Source of the DNA: Eledone cirrhosa
Taxonomy: Eukaryota
Reading direction: 5' to 3'
DNA length: 64,000 nucleotides
Assembly (NCBI GenBank): GCA_964016885.1
Contig: OZ024750.1
Coordinates: 41,354,001 to 41,418,000 of the forward strand
Part shown: in pieces, positions 60,615 through 64,000 of the stretch
Layout: each line of letters begins with the position of its first letter
How positions within the stretch are numbered: position 1 is the stretch's first letter
Made by a program: the position numbers and the translations under genes
Notes under the pieces: model-generated
What the model saw: only the letters and a program-made list of their open reading frames with translations
The model's database searches: none
Told to the model about the DNA's origin: nothing

Positions 60615-62357
60615 CTACCTGTTCGGCTCCTGAGGAGCAGGTTGCACAATATCCATGGGCGTATTGGAGGGGTTGTTTGGTGGGGTGTTGTTCTGTGGTG
60701 GAGTGGGGGTGTTTGGTGAGGTGTGGGTGGGGAAACGTTTCAAGAGGACGCGGTTATAGGGTCGAGTACATGTTTTCCCCACGTCCTCAGGAAAGTTCTC
60801 TCTTAGTTTTGCATAGGTGTCCATTGGGAGTCTTATCATTTTTAAATGCGGTTTGTTGGCCGCGCTTGCAAAGAATTGTCCTTCAGTTTCCACCAAAGGG
60901 TCTTTGTGTATTGTTTTTACTAGTTCTTTGTTATTTGTGTTAATGTATGTATACTGTTTTATTTGTGTTGTGTTTGTTTGTTGTTCTTGTGTGTGCTTAC
61001 GTTTTGTTGTATGTGTTATGTTTTGGGGTGGGGCGGATTTTGTTTGTTCTGTTTGTTTTGTTTTTGTTGGTGGTTGTGTGTTTGTTTCGTTTATGTTCGA
61101 GTGGTGCTTTCTTTTTTTCCTTTTTACAGGTTGGAAGGGTTCCCCCTCTTCGTCACTAGGTGCCGTTTCCGCTGGGTCCTCGTCCGTGCTGTCGGGTAGT
61201 GGTGTATTTTGGGGTTTTGTTGTATTTGTGTGTGTTTTGGGAGTTGTTTTGGGTGGGGCCGTGTCTTGTGTTATTTTTCCCTGTTGTTTTTGTTGTTGTT
61301 GTGGTGGTGGTGGTGGAGGTGGTGGTGGTGGTGGTGGTGGCGGTGGTGGTGTGTGGGGTGTAGGCAAAAGAGCCTTTTTTTTTGTCAATTGAGGACAAGC
61401 AGCCCTTAGATGACCCCTGCTTGAACAGTAGTAACATATGGGCCTCCTACCCTCGGCTGAAATATATATAAATGTTTCTCCATCGAGGGACACCCTCTGT
61501 GGTATTCTAGCGATTCGTTCTGGTCTCATTTGGACCAGAACCTCCACGCTCAAACCGCCGAAAACGTCTGTGGTGACTTCTCCTACTGAGAGGATTCCGT
61601 CCTCGTCTTCTAAAAACCCTGTTAGTACCCAGGAAATGCATGCATTTGGCCGGATTCCGGAGACCCTTATCTTCTGCGTTCTTTTCCCTAAATATGTGGG
61701 GAAAAATGTATGTAGCTTGGAAACAATTGGTGCCACAGAGTATTTCCTGGCCGTCAATTGATCCTTCATTAGGACCGTTATATTCCCATAGAGTGGCCCT
61801 TTTTGTATGAACGATATATCACTCCACACATTTTTTAGGACCAGCTCAATCTCTTTTTGGGATAATTGAGTTGGTTTCCTTGTTATGTTGGAAATTGTTC
61901 TGAAAGATATCGTTCTTAGCGTCGTGTCTCTTTTGATTTCTTGTGGGGAGGTGATTGTGAAGTCTCCTCCTTCTTTGAAAGTTACATACTGTTTCGCTTC
62001 CTTCATCTTTTCTCTCAGAGTTGTAATGTCCAGTTGCTTGCAGGTTTGTGTTTTCCGGACCGCCTGTGCAAAGGAGGTACCAGTAGTGGGTTCGCTTTGT
62101 TTGGTGTTATCGTTATTTTTTCCTTGGTTGGTGTTGTGACTATTGCTGTTATTGTCGTTGTTGTTTTTGTCTGCGTTTATGTGACTTTCTGGGTTTTCAT
62201 CCATTTTTTCAAATTTTTCTTTTAATTCCGTGTTCCATGTTTCTTTTGCAGAAGTCAGGAGGGAAGACTTAGAGCCTTGTGCTTCTAGCTTCTCTGTATC
62301 ACCTTTCTTAGGGGGCGTGGCTTTCACGTTAGGATGAGATGTGAAAATTCCGTCCAT
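60615..62357 (-). CDS. Tx1 ORF1, intact (580 aa)
   Basis: Nearly identical to 37228-38970. Confidence 0.88.
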   Translation of the reverse strand: MDGIFTSHPNVKATPPKKGDTEKLEAQGSKSSLLTSAKETWNTELKEKFEKMDENPESHINADKNNNDNNSNSHNTNQGKNNDNTKQSEPTTGTSFAQAVRKTQTCKQLDITTLREKMKEAKQYVTFKEGGDFTITSPQEIKRDTTLRTISFRTISNITRKPTQLSQKEIELVLKNVWSDISFIQKGPLYGNITVLMKDQLTARKYSVAPIVSKLHTFFPTYLGKRTQKIRVSGIRPNACISWVLTGFLEDEDGILSVGEVTTDVFGGLSVEVLVQMRPERIARIPQRVSLDGETFIYISAEGRRPICYYCSSRGHLRAACPQLTKKKALLPTPHTPPPPPPPPPPPPPPPPQQQQKQQGKITQDTAPPKTTPKTHTNTTKPQNTPLPDSTDEDPAETAPSDEEGEPFQPVKRKKRKHHSNINETNTQPPTKTKQTEQTKSAPPQNITHTTKRKHTQEQQTNTTQIKQYTYINTNNKELVKTIHKDPLVETEGQFFASAANKPHLKMIRLPMDTYAKLRENFPEDVGKTCTRPYNRVLLKRFPTHTSPNTPTPPQNNTPPNNPSNTPMDIVQPAPQEPNR

Positions 62358-62633
62358 TTCTATTAGTTTGCCGTAATAAATTTTTAACTGGAAAATTCGC
62401 CCCAAAAAGGGGCGAAAATAAATAAACTCAAAGTTTGACGACCAAGGCAAGGGGTTAACGTATATTACAGTATAAAAAATTAATCAAAACTCACTTTTTG
62501 AGTAAGTAAATCCGACTCGGTAGCCGAGCTTGTTCACACACGTCAACACACGTCTCTCGTATACGAGATGTTATGTGAGATATTATGTGAGGCAAAGCCT
62601 TTACTGTGAAAATACAATAGTATATATACAGTG

Positions 62634-64000
62634 GTTTCTTTATTTGCCACTAGGGTACAAAAGGTAGGGACAGATACAAGGGGGGAAGTTTACATATAAT
62701 TAACGAGTACAAAAATATAACAATGAAATAACAACAACAAACGAAGTCCTCAATAGGGAGGGGGCATTAACATGGGTCGCACACACCCCGGAAAAAATGT
62801 GCAACCCTTCTCCTCAGGAGCACAAAGAGTAGGTGCTTCCCTCGTCTCCTCTTTTTCCTCTTCTTTCACCTACAGGCTGATATAGAGAGAAGACCCATTC
62901 ACTCTGGCCATTCTCCCTACTTTCATCCACCTTTCATAAAACTTGCTGGGGTAGAGCACCTCTCTCTCCATTCTGATCCTTCTTTTAAAATGGTATTTGA
63001 AAAAGAGGACCAGTTGTTGGCCGGAGAGAAAGGTGTCTGACTTCAGCCCTTTCAGCCTCGTCCACCATACAACTTCTTTAGCCATGGCTATCACACAGAG
63101 AAAAACCGCCTCTCCTTCGTTTTTGAAAGGGGGAGGCGGTTTGATCGTGACAATGGACTCGGTGGTCAACCGGATTGGTCCCACCCTCGACAGTAGTCGT
63201 TCCACATAGCCCCACAGGTCAGCAATGCCTGGGCAGTGTACGAATGCGTGCGCAACGGTTTCGTCATCATGCACGCATCTCGGACAGATCTTATTCAAAG
63301 GATCTCTACCCAGGCTCCCATGCCTGTGGAGCTTGTCTCGAACGGGTAGAGCCCCTCGGTAGCACTGCCAAGCCAGGGACTTTTGGAAGTTGTCCATCGG
63401 TCCAGGGCCAAACGTCCTACCGAACAGACTGGCCAGTTCATCTTCCTCCATGCCTAGAGCTTCTCCGAGAGCATCGTCGCACCTGCTGCGTACCAACCCT
63501 CTATAGAATGTCGAGGTGGAGTCTCCACTGATTGCCGGGTCCGCTTTCCAGAGGGCCGTGAGCGCCTGGGCACATTCAATGTGCCAGTCGCCCACTTTTC
63601 TCGGTCTTTGCTTGACCCAGGATTGCAGCTCGGTGAGCGAGACGAGTCTGGGAAAGGCTCGCCTCACAAACGGGGCCCACACCGGTTGACCGGTGAGGAA
63701 TACCTGGAGGTGCCGTAGCCTTAATGCGTGTTTACGCATCTGTAGCCACGGCATCCCCAGCCCTCCTTTCGAAGGGTGTTGACAGCAGATGGATCTCCTC
63801 ACCAAAGGGGTCCGCTTGTTCCAAAGAAATTGGAACAGCGCGCACTCCATTTTGGCGAGGCTTTTCACTGGGCAAGGCACGACGGTCAAGCGGTAGTAGA
63901 TGACGGATGCTATATAAGTATTCGCCACCTCCGCTCGACCTTTCAGGGATAGTTTGCACTGGGCCCACTTCTGGGTGAGTGCAAACACCCTGGCCGTTAC
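62634..64000 (-). mobile_element. Tx1 copy 5, 3' part (continues beyond the window)
   Basis: ORF2 C-terminus open at 62870-64000; same 3'UTR and junction; separated from copy 4 by 66 bp of target repeat. Confidence 0.93.

Larger units (their letters stand above)
56920..62567 (-). mobile_element. Tx1 copy 4 (full length; ORF1 intact; ORF2 with a single stop)
   Basis: Same 5' and 3' junctions as the plus-strand copies; AAA>TAA at 58137-58139. Confidence 0.95.

Overview
AT-rich, repeat-saturated eukaryotic (metazoan) DNA. The SINE and microsatellite make-up suggests a cephalopod such as Octopus (inference only). I found no supportable host gene. Main signal: five near-identical ~5.6-kb Tx1/L1-clade non-LTR retrotransposons (CCHC ORF1; APE-RT-CCHC ORF2) in two head-to-tail arrays of opposite orientation (25526-42665 +, 56920->64000 -). 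All are inserted at the same position and orientation in a 72-bp minisatellite. That minisatellite is an amplified sub-terminal part of a ~220-bp TTAA-flanked piggyBac-type MITE. Empty MITEs, an amplified but uninserted MITE, and Tx1-loaded MITEs all occur in this window. Copy 3 (37017-42665) is fully intact. Second signal: asymmetric fold-back insertions in (TA)n tracts that are Penelope-like (one encodes a GIY-YIG domain), plus at least eight minimal hammerhead ribozyme motifs. The rest is 5'-truncated RTE-clade LINEs (one with a PHD-like finger after the RT), two tRNA-derived SINE families, TE-derived minisatellites (18, 60/72, 63, 64, ~99, 101 bp), 35-bp and 51-bp minisatellites of unknown origin, and microsatellites.
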